A DNA stretch of 64,000 bases from an uncultured virus (IMG/VR IMGVR_UViG_3300043803_001397) (IMGVR_UViG_3300043803_001397), one strand, 5' to 3'. Positions 48,450 to 58,961 are shown, counted from the first letter of the stretch. Program-made: numbers and translations. Notes: generated by a model from the letters alone, not told the origin.

Positions 48450-49679
48450 TTATACTAAAGTTGCGGTTACACCAGTCACAATAGGACAAGGTACAGAAAT
48501 ATTTTTAACAATAGACTTGTTACATACATTACTGTTTTTAGAAATAAATGCATTTACAGTGACTGTATAAGGCATTGATGTATTAAGAGGTGTTCCTACA
48601 ACAGAACCACCAGCTACAATACATGTATAAGGAGTAGAGTTAGCAGCCTCTGTAACTATATTGATAGTGTATGTTTTACTATTTGTACCATCAGAAATAG
48701 TAATTGTAGTATTTTGTAAAGCTTGTATGAAACCAGAAGGTATAACTGTTGTAGGATTAAAGTCAAGATATACTTCTTGACGATTTGCATTAGCTGAGGC
48801 AGTGTATTCAAGAATAAATCCTGAACAATCAGATTGTCCACAACAATTTTTAAGATCGGCTATAACTGCTCTCATATCACATACAGTAATCCAAAGATTC
48901 TGCATTGCTTGTGACATATTAGTAACAGTTGTGTTCCAACCTGATATTGAAGACATTGTACTAGCTTGACTAAGAGCGTTTGCAGAACTTAAAGCTATAC
49001 ATTGTTGAGAAGCAGCAGCTGTAATCTGTGAGTTAGATCCTAAAGCAGTTCTAAGAAGACAATACTCTTCTTCTAGTTTATCCAATACAACAGACATTGC
49101 TGTTGGTGTAGAAGGAAGAATACAGTTAGGAGTAACTGTTGGTAGAGAAGGAGCTGTAATGTTTTCTAATGCTGTAATCCTTGCATTATGACTAGTAAGG
49201 GTTGTAGCATGAGAATCAACTGTTGCTTTTAAAGAACAATATTGATTAGCAATACGTAAAGTGTATTGATTATGAATAAGTTGTGTTACTGTCAATCCAG
49301 TGCCGCCATCTACATATTGTAGACAAGTGGGTAATGGTAAGGTAGGTTCTGTATAAGGTGTACCACCAGCTGCAGGAATTAAATCTTCAAGACAACAAAT
49401 CTTTCTTACAATAAAGTCCAATACAGCCGAGAGGGTTTTTGTAGTGGGTGCCGGATTTGCAGAAGAGCAAAATGTAACCAAACAAGCAAGGTCCAAATTG
49501 GTCAAATCCAGAGTAGACTTAATAGTGCACAAGTCTGTAGCTACCTTGTAAACTACATCAGAAACAGTGTCACCGTTGCAGAGGTTAAGACAGGGAATAT
49601 CAGGACCCTGCCATACGACACAGTTAGAAGAAACAGGAATACAACCCTGCTCGGCAGTATTGGATTTCACAGGTAACAT
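48450..49679 (-). CDS. Cys-rich virion fibre protein with short coiled coils
   Basis: 21 Cys; SSNCVVWQGPDIPC; heptad-like segments such as LTSHNARITALEN. Confidence 0.65.
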   Translation of the reverse strand: MLPVKSNTAEQGCIPVSSNCVVWQGPDIPCLNLCNGDTVSDVVYKVATDLCTIKSTLDLTNLDLACLVTFCSSANPAPTTKTLSAVLDFIVRKICCLEDLIPAAGGTPYTEPTLPLPTCLQYVDGGTGLTVTQLIHNQYTLRIANQYCSLKATVDSHATTLTSHNARITALENITAPSLPTVTPNCILPSTPTAMSVVLDKLEEEYCLLRTALGSNSQITAAASQQCIALSSANALSQASTMSSISGWNTTVTNMSQAMQNLWITVCDMRAVIADLKNCCGQSDCSGFILEYTASANANRQEVYLDFNPTTVIPSGFIQALQNTTITISDGTNSKTYTINIVTEAANSTPYTCIVAGGSVVGTPLNTSMPYTVTVNAFISKNSNVCNKSIVKNISVPCPIVTGVTATLV

Positions 49680-49699
49680 AGTATATAGGATATATTAAA

Positions 49700-50002
49700 T
49701 TAAATAAATGTACCACCCACTTCGTCTAAAAACAGTTCTTCTGCTTTAACAAAAGCTTCATCAAATTCATTACATAAATAAGTTTTAGAAATAACATCTA
49801 CAGGTTGTCCACCAGCATCTTTAGAATCAAGTGATGCATATATATTAAAATTTGCATATAAGTTTGCTTGTCCTTGAGCAGGTGGTTGAGAAAGAGGTGG
49901 CATCATACCTCCTATTTTAGACTTTGTAACAGATGTTACTGAAGCTACTGCTTCGGGAAAAAGATATTTATATCTGTCTGAATTAAATGAAAATTGTACC
50001 AT
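49700..50002 (-). CDS. hypothetical protein
   Basis: 100-aa ORF just downstream of a promoter-like motif. Confidence 0.65.
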   Translation of the reverse strand: MVQFSFNSDRYKYLFPEAVASVTSVTKSKIGGMMPPLSQPPAQGQANLYANFNIYASLDSKDAGGQPVDVISKTYLCNEFDEAFVKAEELFLDEVGGTFI

Positions 50003-50027
50003 ATATTGTAGTTTAAATTAGATGTAG

Positions 50028-50052
50028 TCTACACTATAATATACAAAATTCT
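50028..50052 (-). promoter_or_regulatory. putative phage promoter motif (variant copy)
   Basis: Minus strand AGAATTTTGTATATTATAGTGTAGA, just downstream of a terminator. Confidence 0.45.
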
Positions 50053-50069
50053 AAAGACAGTACCAAAAT

Positions 50070-50101
50070 AAAAAACACTCTCATTTCTGAGAGTGTTTTT
50101 T
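50070..50101. terminator. Rho-independent terminator (symmetric)
   Basis: AAAAAACACTCTCA-TTTC-TGAGAGTGTTTTTT. Confidence 0.85.
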
Positions 50102-50127
50102 ACTAAACACTAAGAAGCACACACTAA

Positions 50128-50649
50128 TTACCTTGGGGTCATTGGCACAACATTATCCGTAGTTTCGGTAGCAACAAGTTTAAAAAATACAGTGTAATTT
50201 TCAGAAGTTTCTACTTTTTCTAGCTCAGAAAGCTTAATAGGTTTGTATTCCACATCTTTTTCTGTTTGTAAAAACTCATTAAATTCTTTCTCAAACTGCT
50301 GAAAGTCGGGGTTAAATTTTCTACGTACAGTTTCTTTACCTTCAGAATTTACATCTTTGTAAGGAACACCTTCTTCATCTAAGTCTTCTACTAACATTGG
50401 AATAGTGATGGAGCCATTTTCATCTTCTTTTCCATACTTTTTAATAAGGTCATTTTTGATTTGTTCTATAGCTTGTTTTTCAGCAGCCACTTTTTTAGCA
50501 AGATCTGAAATCCAGTATTTTGTTACAAGAGAAAGTTTTTCTCCAAGTAATCCAGAAGAAAGTTTTTCACCAGTGCCCTGGTTAACAATACCGTTTAGTT
50601 CTGCATCTAAATTATAGAACTCGTGTAATTTTAATGTAATTTTTTGCAT
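50128..50649 (-). CDS. helical protein, DUF1617-like (possible fibre assembly chaperone)
   Basis: KLSLVTKYWI...DLIKKYGKEDENG...FEKEFNEFL pattern; follows the tail fibre genes. Confidence 0.5.
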   Translation of the reverse strand: MQKITLKLHEFYNLDAELNGIVNQGTGEKLSSGLLGEKLSLVTKYWISDLAKKVAAEKQAIEQIKNDLIKKYGKEDENGSITIPMLVEDLDEEGVPYKDVNSEGKETVRRKFNPDFQQFEKEFNEFLQTEKDVEYKPIKLSELEKVETSENYTVFFKLVATETTDNVVPMTPR

Positions 50650-50727
50650 AAAATAGGTTTAATGTGTATACCAAAGATAAATATTATCTAGAATATTTAT
50701 ACTATATAAGTTTTCAACACATGTGAA

Positions 50728-51072
50728 TTAAAATTCATCCGAAGAAGCCGTAACATCAGTCGGACCTGTTGGATATAAAGCACCTGAACTTAAACTAGTA
50801 CCAGGAGAACCAGTACTACTATTTGAATATAATGCACCAGTGTTATCTGTAACTGTAAGATCTACCAACGCTGTTAAAAATGTATTAGATGTTGCATCCA
50901 GTGTTATAATAATATAATCACCAGGAGAGTAACTAAAATTACCACTTTGAGTTGATGATACATTTACAATATTGGTTCCGTTCTTAGATATTTGCATAGA
51001 TCCGCTTAATGCAGTCATAGTGTATGACCATGAAACATTATAGGATTCAAAAACTTTTACTTGTATTGCCAT
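50728..51072 (-). CDS. small beta-rich structural protein
   Basis: 114 aa, Ser/Thr-rich, in the fibre operon. Confidence 0.6.
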   Translation of the reverse strand: MAIQVKVFESYNVSWSYTMTALSGSMQISKNGTNIVNVSSTQSGNFSYSPGDYIIITLDATSNTFLTALVDLTVTDNTGALYSNSSTGSPGTSLSSGALYPTGPTDVTASSDEF

Positions 51073-51081
51073 TTTATATAG

Positions 51082-51675
51082 TTAAGTACAACTTTTATGA
51101 ATTACAACATAAAGATACTGACCTTTTGAACTATCATAAATATAATTGTAGTTAAAACTAACTGTAAGAGATGTACCAAAAGTAGTTCTATCGTTTTCAT
51201 AAACTTTAGTAGCACCACCTGTACCACCATTGCCATTACTACTCCAAGGTTTACCATACCATACAAAAATGATTTGAACACCATTAAAATCTGTACTATT
51301 ACCTGTTATTGAAATAGTATAATTTTTATTTGATGTTCCTACATCAAATACAATCATTGAACTATCATAGCAGGAACACGCACTTCCTCCACCTGATGAA
51401 AAAAATAAATCACGATCTGTTCCATCACTAGCATAGGATAAAGTGTGGTTATAACCATACCAACTTGACATTTGAATATTTGTACAGGTTGTTGTGTATT
51501 TTCCTGTATTAGAAGAATGTACATTTATAGGAGCATAATAAGGATTACTTGTTGGAGTTGGATAAAAAGCATTGCCAAAAGCCCATGATCCAAATTTGTA
51601 ATCTGTCATTGTTGACTGAGCCATTTCAACCCTAACGTCATTAAAACTTATTTGTCCGCTAGCTGGTAGTGCCAT
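51082..51675 (-). CDS. putative fibre-tip adhesin
   Basis: MALPASGQISFNDVRVEM N-terminus typical of small proteins encoded after S74-bearing fibres; overlaps the fibre stop. Confidence 0.55.
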   Translation of the reverse strand: MALPASGQISFNDVRVEMAQSTMTDYKFGSWAFGNAFYPTPTSNPYYAPINVHSSNTGKYTTTCTNIQMSSWYGYNHTLSYASDGTDRDLFFSSGGGSACSCYDSSMIVFDVGTSNKNYTISITGNSTDFNGVQIIFVWYGKPWSSNGNGGTGGATKVYENDRTTFGTSLTVSFNYNYIYDSSKGQYLYVVIHKSCT

Positions 51676-54600
51676 AAACTTTTATTTTCAGTTCTTCAAT
51701 TATAGTTTGTTGCTCTTTTATTGCCTCTATTAATAATGGAACTATTTTTTCGTATTGTACAGTTAAATAGTTTTGTCCTGAAATTGAATTATCATATCCA
51801 TCATTGTCAAATGGTGCCAACTTAACAGCTTCTGGTAATATTGATTGAACTTCTTGTGCATATACTCCAACATGTTTAACTACTACATCAAAACCAGCTA
51901 ACTTATTTGCTCTGTCGTTCCAATTATATATAAAGCCTGTTAGAGACTTAACTTTTTCTAATGGATTTGAAATTTTTTTTATATTTGTTTTAAGACGCAT
52001 ATCTGAAGAATATGCTACAATATCATTTGAAGCATCAATTCTTCCATCTGTTGCATTTGGATTAACATTAACACCTAAAGCACCAGATGTTATTTTTTGG
52101 TCTCCAACTATTTCTAACTTATAAGCAGGACTTGCCGTTCCGATACCTACGTTGCCCGCAGAAGGTTGTAAAATTAAACCGTTGTTATTATAAATATATC
52201 TTAAAAAGTTATTACCAGCAGTACCATAAAAATTTATAGTGTTTCCAGAATCGTATCTTGATTCTATATCAAAATAATAAATACTTGGATCTGATTCTGT
52301 AGATAATCTAAGCTTAACTCCATTTCCTTGTACATTTAATTTTGTAGCTGGACTTGTCGTACCTATACCTACGTTGCCTAATTCTCCAATAGTCAGTTTA
52401 GCATCACTAAGTGTAGCAGAAGCTGCACCAGTTGAAGGTCCGTTTAAAATATGAACTTTTCCTGCTGCATTTCCCCCTCCACCACTATTATCAGTTCTTT
52501 CAAAAACTATAGCCGACTTTCTATAAAGTGTATTGTTTTCTCTATAACCAAAATGAATTCCCGACCAATTACCTACACCCATTAGAGAAGCAAAACTTGC
52601 ATAGCCATTAGTTGGAGTAACCACATCTAAAATACTTTGGGGACTTGTCGTACCTATTCCAAAATTACCGGCATTTATATAACTATTAGAAGTATTATTG
52701 GCATTTAATTGTATATTACTTGTACCTCCTTTATATAAATCCAAAATACCATGTGCTGATACACTAGTACCACTAGCTGAAACTGTAAAAACAGTTGATG
52801 TATTATTATAATTAACATTTAGATATATAGAGTCATTATATCCAACAACGGTCGTAGCACCCGCAATGAATTTTTCATAACTTGTTCCTGGGTTATCTCT
52901 TACAGAAACTCTACCTGATGACTCCAATAAAATACTTGAAGCTACTACACCTCCCCAGTGGAATCCTAATTGTGGTGCATAAATCACATTTGTATTACCA
53001 CTACCTCCTGAATTTTCTCTTATTTGCCAGTTTTGTGTGTAAGCAATTCCTGTTGATGTGGATTGTATATATGAACCTCCAGTTCCAAGTATAATAGGAG
53101 TAGAAATAGCACCTACAGTAGCTGTTCCACTTAGGTTTAAAGTGACTGCTTCTAATGTAGTGATATTTGTAATATTCCATGCACCCATGTTTATATGACC
53201 TCCCATAGTGCCACCACTTAAGGGTAAAGCATAAGAACTGTAATTACCACTATCTAATACAGTTCTCCATGATTGCCATGTCCCATTATTTTTACCTCTA
53301 ATAGCTATCTGCCCTGTTCTATAATCACCATATATTTGATGTTGCCAAACTGAACTGTAAGCTTGGGAAAATAATGCACCATCTGATTGTCCAAATAATG
53401 ATATATTAGTTCCAACATAACTAATACCATTACTATTAATGCTATCTGCAGCAGTCGCGGAGTTTGATCCGGTATTAACAAAACTCCATCCATCTATATT
53501 ATCTGCTGAAGTAGCAGTTGCAGCATTACCTGTAATGTTTATACTCCATGTACCACTTGCACCAGTACCTGTTAAGGTTGGAGAATATGAGTTATAATTA
53601 GCTGAATGTAAAACATCTACAAAATTAGAATAAGCAGTAGCAGATCCAAAAGACTGCTGGTATATTCTCATACCAATAGCATCTTTGCGGAACAAGACTA
53701 AATTATCATTACCTCCAGAACCATCTAAATAAGATCTTAGATGTAAAAAGTCAGCATATGGTGCTGTATTATTATTAGCCCATGAGGTAAATCCAAATCT
53801 TAATTCAGAAGCACTTTCAGAGTTTGGAGCTATTGTTCTTATGTCTCTAGAAGTAAGTCTAGCAGCAGCTCCAGTAATACTAGCAGATGATGTAATGTAA
53901 CCAGGACCGTTAGTTAACTGATTAAGATTAGTTAGATTACCGGAATCCCAAATTGTATTACCTAATGCAGTTGGCCGGCTTCTTACAAAATTTACTACAC
54001 CTCCATTAGATATGCTAATAGCTGTTTTAGAACCACTAACATATGCATCTGTAGTAGCAATGTACATTATTGTACCAAAATTACCTCCTGATATTACATA
54101 TATTCCAGCTTGGGCAGTAGTTCCAGAAGAACTGTCTCTTGCACCAAATGTAATTGCAGGTCCAAAATCTGTTGTAACACTAGCAGCTCCTAAATGCAAA
54201 CCACCATTAGCTGTACCTGGAGTAGTAGCATTCCATGCTGCTAAACTTCCTTGTAAAACAATAGGCGTAGAAGTAGTAGCCCCACGCCCAGTTACTGTTG
54301 CTAAAGTATCAGACTCAGCAGTTAAAAATGCAGGAGCACCAGTAATTTTAGACCATCCAAGAGAAGTTATCCATGCTGGGTTTGCATAAGATCCAGTAGT
54401 ATAAACTCCATCAGTGACAGTTCCAGAATTTCCATCTATGGAAACACCTGTTAATGTTTGTGCTGCACTGGCTCGTCCAAGTGATATTGAGGTAGTACCT
54501 ATATTAAAAGAGCTGTTTACTAACATTGCGTTAGTAACCACACCATTTGCAATTGTTGTTACTATAGATGTAGTACCAGATCCAGTCACATTTCCAGTTA

Positions 54601-55963
54601 ATGTAATAGTTTGGTTGCCTGTTATATAACCTGCCCCATTAACAAGTTGACTAGTATTAGTAGGTATGGTAATAACTCCTGTAGAAGAGTTGTATGCACC
54701 ACTACCCGCTACAAAACTTAAAGCTGCACGTGCACGCGTGTCTGTGTAATAAAGATTTGTACCCTCACTTACATTTGTTGTAGATAGAGAAGGAAGATCT
54801 GCTAAAAGTAAAGCTCTAAATGTAGGAACTCCTGCTGATCCGTTTGGAGCAATAAATACTGTATTAGCTGTTTGTGAAGCTAATGTAACTGTAAATGTAC
54901 CAGATGTAGTGATGGGAGAACCACTGAGTCCAAATATTCCAGGTAGAGCAATGGCTACAGATGTAACTGTACCTGTATTATTTGTATAACCTGATGGGTT
55001 GGAAGCTAGATAATAAGTGGCAGTGTCAAGAGAAAATGTTCCAGCACCAGTCATTTTTACAAACGGTGTACCTGAAGTCCAAGAAAGAGCAGCTAATCCT
55101 GATAGCACAGAACTAGCTTGTTGGGCTCCTATAGTATTATAGCTTATAGTAACTGCTGAAGATCCATCAAATGTAATACCTGATGAGTTACCACTACCGG
55201 AATTATTAAATGTAACAGGATTTGTTGTTGTACCAGAACTACCACCACCTCCACCTGAAGGGGCTGCCCATGTACCGTCTGCTCTAAGGAAGTTTGTAGT
55301 ACCTCCCGTTGAAACAGGAACTAATCCTTTTGCAGTAGTTGAGAATAGATCTAATAAAGCTGTAGCTTGAGTAGCTGTTAATGATTCAACATTCCCAGTA
55401 CCACCTGTCACTCTACCTAATATAGTGGACGTAGATACTTGAGCAAGTTTTGCTAATGTTACAACATTATTAGAAATAACGGTAGATAGGGCTGTATTAC
55501 CAGAGCCTGTAATATCACCTGAGAGTGTAATAGTCTGATTAGCAGTGAGATAGGTAGTTGTATCTAATGCAAACGTATTTGCACCAGTCATCTTTACAAA
55601 AGGAGTGCCTCCTGAATAAACTAAATTAGTTAGTGCTGTAAGAATAGGTGACTGACCCTGTGCACCAATAGTGTTATAACTTACTGTTATAGACTGAGAT
55701 CCATTATAACTAGCACCAGAACTATTACCAGAACCAGTGTTGTTAAATAATACTACATTTGGGTTAGGACTTGAAGAGGATGGAACATAACTTATTGTAA
55801 CATCTCCTGTACCAGGATCTATCCCAGTGTATGATATTTCTATATTGGAACCAGCAATGATTTTTCTAATCACAGCATGACCAGGACTTATTACGTTTAA
55901 GTCCTGTCTAAGTATACCCTGCTCAGGTTGTACTGGTTGTCTTGTTAAAGAAAATATTGACAC
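51659..55963 (-). CDS. long tail fibre with C-terminal peptidase S74 intramolecular chaperone
   Basis: Gly/Thr/Ser-rich; GNVGIGTTSP-type repeats; SSDMRLKTNI...GVYAQEV...LLIEAIKEQ. Confidence 0.88.
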   Translation of the reverse strand: MSIFSLTRQPVQPEQGILRQDLNVISPGHAVIRKIIAGSNIEISYTGIDPGTGDVTISYVPSSSSPNPNVVLFNNTGSGNSSGASYNGSQSITVSYNTIGAQGQSPILTALTNLVYSGGTPFVKMTGANTFALDTTTYLTANQTITLSGDITGSGNTALSTVISNNVVTLAKLAQVSTSTILGRVTGGTGNVESLTATQATALLDLFSTTAKGLVPVSTGGTTNFLRADGTWAAPSGGGGGSSGTTTNPVTFNNSGSGNSSGITFDGSSAVTISYNTIGAQQASSVLSGLAALSWTSGTPFVKMTGAGTFSLDTATYYLASNPSGYTNNTGTVTSVAIALPGIFGLSGSPITTSGTFTVTLASQTANTVFIAPNGSAGVPTFRALLLADLPSLSTTNVSEGTNLYYTDTRARAALSFVAGSGAYNSSTGVITIPTNTSQLVNGAGYITGNQTITLTGNVTGSGTTSIVTTIANGVVTNAMLVNSSFNIGTTSISLGRASAAQTLTGVSIDGNSGTVTDGVYTTGSYANPAWITSLGWSKITGAPAFLTAESDTLATVTGRGATTSTPIVLQGSLAAWNATTPGTANGGLHLGAASVTTDFGPAITFGARDSSSGTTAQAGIYVISGGNFGTIMYIATTDAYVSGSKTAISISNGGVVNFVRSRPTALGNTIWDSGNLTNLNQLTNGPGYITSSASITGAAARLTSRDIRTIAPNSESASELRFGFTSWANNNTAPYADFLHLRSYLDGSGGNDNLVLFRKDAIGMRIYQQSFGSATAYSNFVDVLHSANYNSYSPTLTGTGASGTWSINITGNAATATSADNIDGWSFVNTGSNSATAADSINSNGISYVGTNISLFGQSDGALFSQAYSSVWQHQIYGDYRTGQIAIRGKNNGTWQSWRTVLDSGNYSSYALPLSGGTMGGHINMGAWNITNITTLEAVTLNLSGTATVGAISTPIILGTGGSYIQSTSTGIAYTQNWQIRENSGGSGNTNVIYAPQLGFHWGGVVASSILLESSGRVSVRDNPGTSYEKFIAGATTVVGYNDSIYLNVNYNNTSTVFTVSASGTSVSAHGILDLYKGGTSNIQLNANNTSNSYINAGNFGIGTTSPQSILDVVTPTNGYASFASLMGVGNWSGIHFGYRENNTLYRKSAIVFERTDNSGGGGNAAGKVHILNGPSTGAASATLSDAKLTIGELGNVGIGTTSPATKLNVQGNGVKLRLSTESDPSIYYFDIESRYDSGNTINFYGTAGNNFLRYIYNNNGLILQPSAGNVGIGTASPAYKLEIVGDQKITSGALGVNVNPNATDGRIDASNDIVAYSSDMRLKTNIKKISNPLEKVKSLTGFIYNWNDRANKLAGFDVVVKHVGVYAQEVQSILPEAVKLAPFDNDGYDNSISGQNYLTVQYEKIVPLLIEAIKEQQTIIEELKIKVYGTTS

Positions 55964-55973
55964 GTTAAATTAG

Positions 55974-56135
55974 TTATTTCCAGATTCCACTCACATTAAG
56001 CTTTGGTGTAGTGGTTTTCCAAGTACCACTCACCTTAACAAACATAGTTGCTTGTTTCCAAGTACCAGCAACCTTAATCCATACGACTACCGGTGTAGGT
56101 GGAGCACCACTATTCTGTAATAGTGTAAGAAACAT
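55974..56135 (-). CDS. 53-aa fibre-associated peptide with three [KN]VxGxWK repeats
   Basis: Translated by hand: MFLTLLQNSGAPPTPVVVWIKVAGTWKQATMFVKVSGTWKTTTPKLNVSGIWK; below the ORF-track cutoff. Confidence 0.75.
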   Translation of the reverse strand: MFLTLLQNSGAPPTPVVVWIKVAGTWKQATMFVKVSGTWKTTTPKLNVSGIWK

Positions 56136-56137
56136 GG

Positions 56138-56302
56138 TTAGTTAGTATTCTTAAGTTTATCTATAGTTTCTTGCAATTCTAATATTTCAATATCAAGTTT
56201 ATTAACAAGTTGATTGTTATCTAATTGAATATTAGAAATTCTAGATTGTTTTAAATACTCTAGTCTAATTTCACATTGTTCTATAAGTTTAAGGATTGTC
56301 AT
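56138..56302 (-). CDS. 54-aa coiled-coil protein
   Basis: Translated by hand: MTILKLIEQCEIRLEYLKQSRISNIQLDNNQLVNKLDIEILELQETIDKLKNTN; fills the intergenic gap. Confidence 0.7.
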   Translation of the reverse strand: MTILKLIEQCEIRLEYLKQSRISNIQLDNNQLVNKLDIEILELQETIDKLKNTN

Positions 56303-56321
56303 TTTATATATATTAAATTAA

Positions 56322-58961
56322 TTATAAAATCCAAAATACAAGTACCTTATAGCACTCCTGGAAAGATGCTCGATTAAGCCAAACATATTTCAAACCATCT
56401 TTTGTTTGAATAACTTCCATTCTGTTTCCAATAATAGCAGTTGGAGCGGCATATGGATACATAGAAGCTCCGTTTACCTTTCCTGTCACTACATTTAACG
56501 CCATAATTCTTTGAGTGTTATCTTTATGATAAAAGATTCTATCCTCTCCATCATAAGCTGCCATTGTTCCTGTAGTGAGGGTTTCTGTTAATGGTACAGT
56601 AAACATAAGATTAAATCTATCCGTAGTTAAATCCCATCTATCAAATCCGATAGCAGCTCCTCCTCTTATAATAAAAGCATATCTTCCTCTCATATTCAAA
56701 TCACTTGTTCCAAATGCCCAGTTTATACTTGTTCCTGTTCCTTTTACACCTTGTTCAAGAATAGTGTACCCAGTAACAGCAGTTGTTGGTGCGGTAATAG
56801 TACCACAAGTGATAGTATTTGATGTATTACTTGTAATTGCCACCTCTATAGGACCACCTGTTGTTGTAAGAATCCTTAATCTTTTACCTGCCCATATATT
56901 TACTGCCCAAGATTTAGACGTATCTTGAAGAGTAGTGGTAGAACCTGTACCGGTTGCAACACCAAAATCTGCTGCACCAATAGCTGATGATGTACATATA
57001 CTATACCTACTAACACCGTTTAATGGTGCTGTAGCTACTGCCGCAAGTGTTAATGTGGTTGCTGTATTAGATGTAATACGGAATATCTGTGATGCAACAC
57101 TACCGGTTCCTGCAGTAATAGCGCCTGTGTACATATAAACTGTAAACCCTGCCCATTGGTTGGTAGTCCAGTTTTTGCTAAAATCCGTAAGCGTAGTTGT
57201 TGATTGAGTTCCAACAATCGTTGTAGCAGCAGGAGTTCCTGCCATTGTGTAAGTGAATGTAGTTGCAGATGGTACAGTGGCAATAGCTACGTTTGTTACG
57301 TTAAAGTTAGCATCAGTAGCACCTCTTACTGTTACCAAATCTCCAACTTTAAATTGATGTGCATGAACAGTAGTTACAGTAGCTGTAGTTGTGGCATTTG
57401 CTAATGTAGAAATGGCAATAGGTTGATGTCCTGCTACAGTTGCTGCTGCATTTCTTGCTATACCAAAATCTTGTTGTCTACCAAATGAAGTTACTAATGA
57501 ATCTATATTGTAGATACCCATTGCAGCAATACCTCCTAATTGAATGTACGCTTTATTCGGGTCTCCTTGTATTGCAAATACTGATGTACTATCAGGATTT
57601 GTATCCCAAGTACCTACAATAGTAAGTGCGGTGGCTGTATTACTTGCTATTGGTCTTATTTGACCTGCTCCTGTTCCTGCCAAAATTCTTACAGCATAGT
57701 TTGACCATCTATTTACGGCCCAAGATTTTGTTGAATCAGTAATAGTTGTTGCTGCTCCTGATGTTGCTGTTCCTGCGTCAAATCCAAGAATGAAATATCT
57801 ACTTGTTGCATTAGGATGTGGATTAATATGAGTATTCCAAGTTAATGTAGTGGAAGTATTTGAAGCAATTTGTCTAATCTGACCTGCACCTGTACCTGAA
57901 TAAATATACACCCAATATCCTGCCCATTGGTTTACTTTCCAGGCTGCTCTATCAACACCAAGAGAAGCATCAACTAATGTAGTTACTGTGCTACTTGCAG
58001 AAGATATTCCCCTGTACCAATATGTAGCATTTTCAGTAGTTCTTTCAATGCTACAATCTGTACCTACTGCTGTAAAAATGTTTTGACTGGCAGGTAAAAC
58101 ATACCAAGTATCTGAAATTATATCATAAGACTGCATTGTAAAAAATGGAGCTGCTGCAGCACTTGATACTAACCCAATCAAGCCTGTTTGAATACGATAA
58201 ACAGATGTCGTGTCTGGTTGAACAGTCCAAGCAGAATCTAGAGTGATCACTTGTGATTCTATTGCGTATGTAGATTGAGAACCTGCTGTTGCTGAAATAG
58301 CAGGAGTAAATACAGCAGGATTGTTCCAGGGTTTATTCATTTGAGTAGTATCACCCAAAGTAATTATGTTTGCTGCATTAGAAAGTATTCTTCTAATTTG
58401 GCTTACACCAGCGTTACCTGTAATACGAAGTGTATAACCTTCATATTGATTTACAGCCCAAGTTTTTAAAGTGTCTGTAATGTTTAAAGCTCCAGCGGTG
58501 TTTGATACAGCTGTAACTATCCCACTATCCGCAATTACTGGCTCTGCCACACCTGTAATGGTTCTACGCTGTCCTGCTCCTGTTCCAGATAAAATAACAA
58601 TATCATATCCAATTAATGATTGTTGTGTAATTGCAGCAACTTGTAATGTACTTGCTCCTGCAGAAATCACCTTACCATCAATACCTAATGCTGCATTATA
58701 CTTCATTGAACTAAATGTAATGGGAGCAATAGCAGGAGGTGAAAGCTGTTGGAACATATCAGTCCAAGTATCATAACGAAAAAACTGAGTAGCTGATATT
58801 AAGTAATAAATATATCTACCGTGTTCATCTGGTAGAAAGTCAGAATTATCTGCTGAACAAGTTGAAGAAATAGCACTACTTACAGCTGGTGCAAAACGTG
58901 TCCATTCCCATACTGGCATATCTACCTGTCTTGTAAGTGTATTTGAAGTTAAAGCTGGCAT
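56322..58961 (-). CDS. putative receptor-binding protein: beta-propeller-like with ~6 inserted repeats
   Basis: Blade-like motifs FFRYDTWTD, SYDIISDTW, FDRWDLTTD; repeats TDxxKxWxxNxW...GTGAGQIRxIxSNT. Confidence 0.65.
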   Translation of the reverse strand: MPALTSNTLTRQVDMPVWEWTRFAPAVSSAISSTCSADNSDFLPDEHGRYIYYLISATQFFRYDTWTDMFQQLSPPAIAPITFSSMKYNAALGIDGKVISAGASTLQVAAITQQSLIGYDIVILSGTGAGQRRTITGVAEPVIADSGIVTAVSNTAGALNITDTLKTWAVNQYEGYTLRITGNAGVSQIRRILSNAANIITLGDTTQMNKPWNNPAVFTPAISATAGSQSTYAIESQVITLDSAWTVQPDTTSVYRIQTGLIGLVSSAAAAPFFTMQSYDIISDTWYVLPASQNIFTAVGTDCSIERTTENATYWYRGISSASSTVTTLVDASLGVDRAAWKVNQWAGYWVYIYSGTGAGQIRQIASNTSTTLTWNTHINPHPNATSRYFILGFDAGTATSGAATTITDSTKSWAVNRWSNYAVRILAGTGAGQIRPIASNTATALTIVGTWDTNPDSTSVFAIQGDPNKAYIQLGGIAAMGIYNIDSLVTSFGRQQDFGIARNAAATVAGHQPIAISTLANATTTATVTTVHAHQFKVGDLVTVRGATDANFNVTNVAIATVPSATTFTYTMAGTPAATTIVGTQSTTTLTDFSKNWTTNQWAGFTVYMYTGAITAGTGSVASQIFRITSNTATTLTLAAVATAPLNGVSRYSICTSSAIGAADFGVATGTGSTTTLQDTSKSWAVNIWAGKRLRILTTTGGPIEVAITSNTSNTITCGTITAPTTAVTGYTILEQGVKGTGTSINWAFGTSDLNMRGRYAFIIRGGAAIGFDRWDLTTDRFNLMFTVPLTETLTTGTMAAYDGEDRIFYHKDNTQRIMALNVVTGKVNGASMYPYAAPTAIIGNRMEVIQTKDGLKYVWLNRASFQECYKVLVFWIL

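Noticed and set aside
52120..52675. Three similar ~30-bp direct repeats as a possible CRISPR-like array
   Set aside because: They encode GNxGIGTxSP protein repeats within the fibre; spacing is long and irregular
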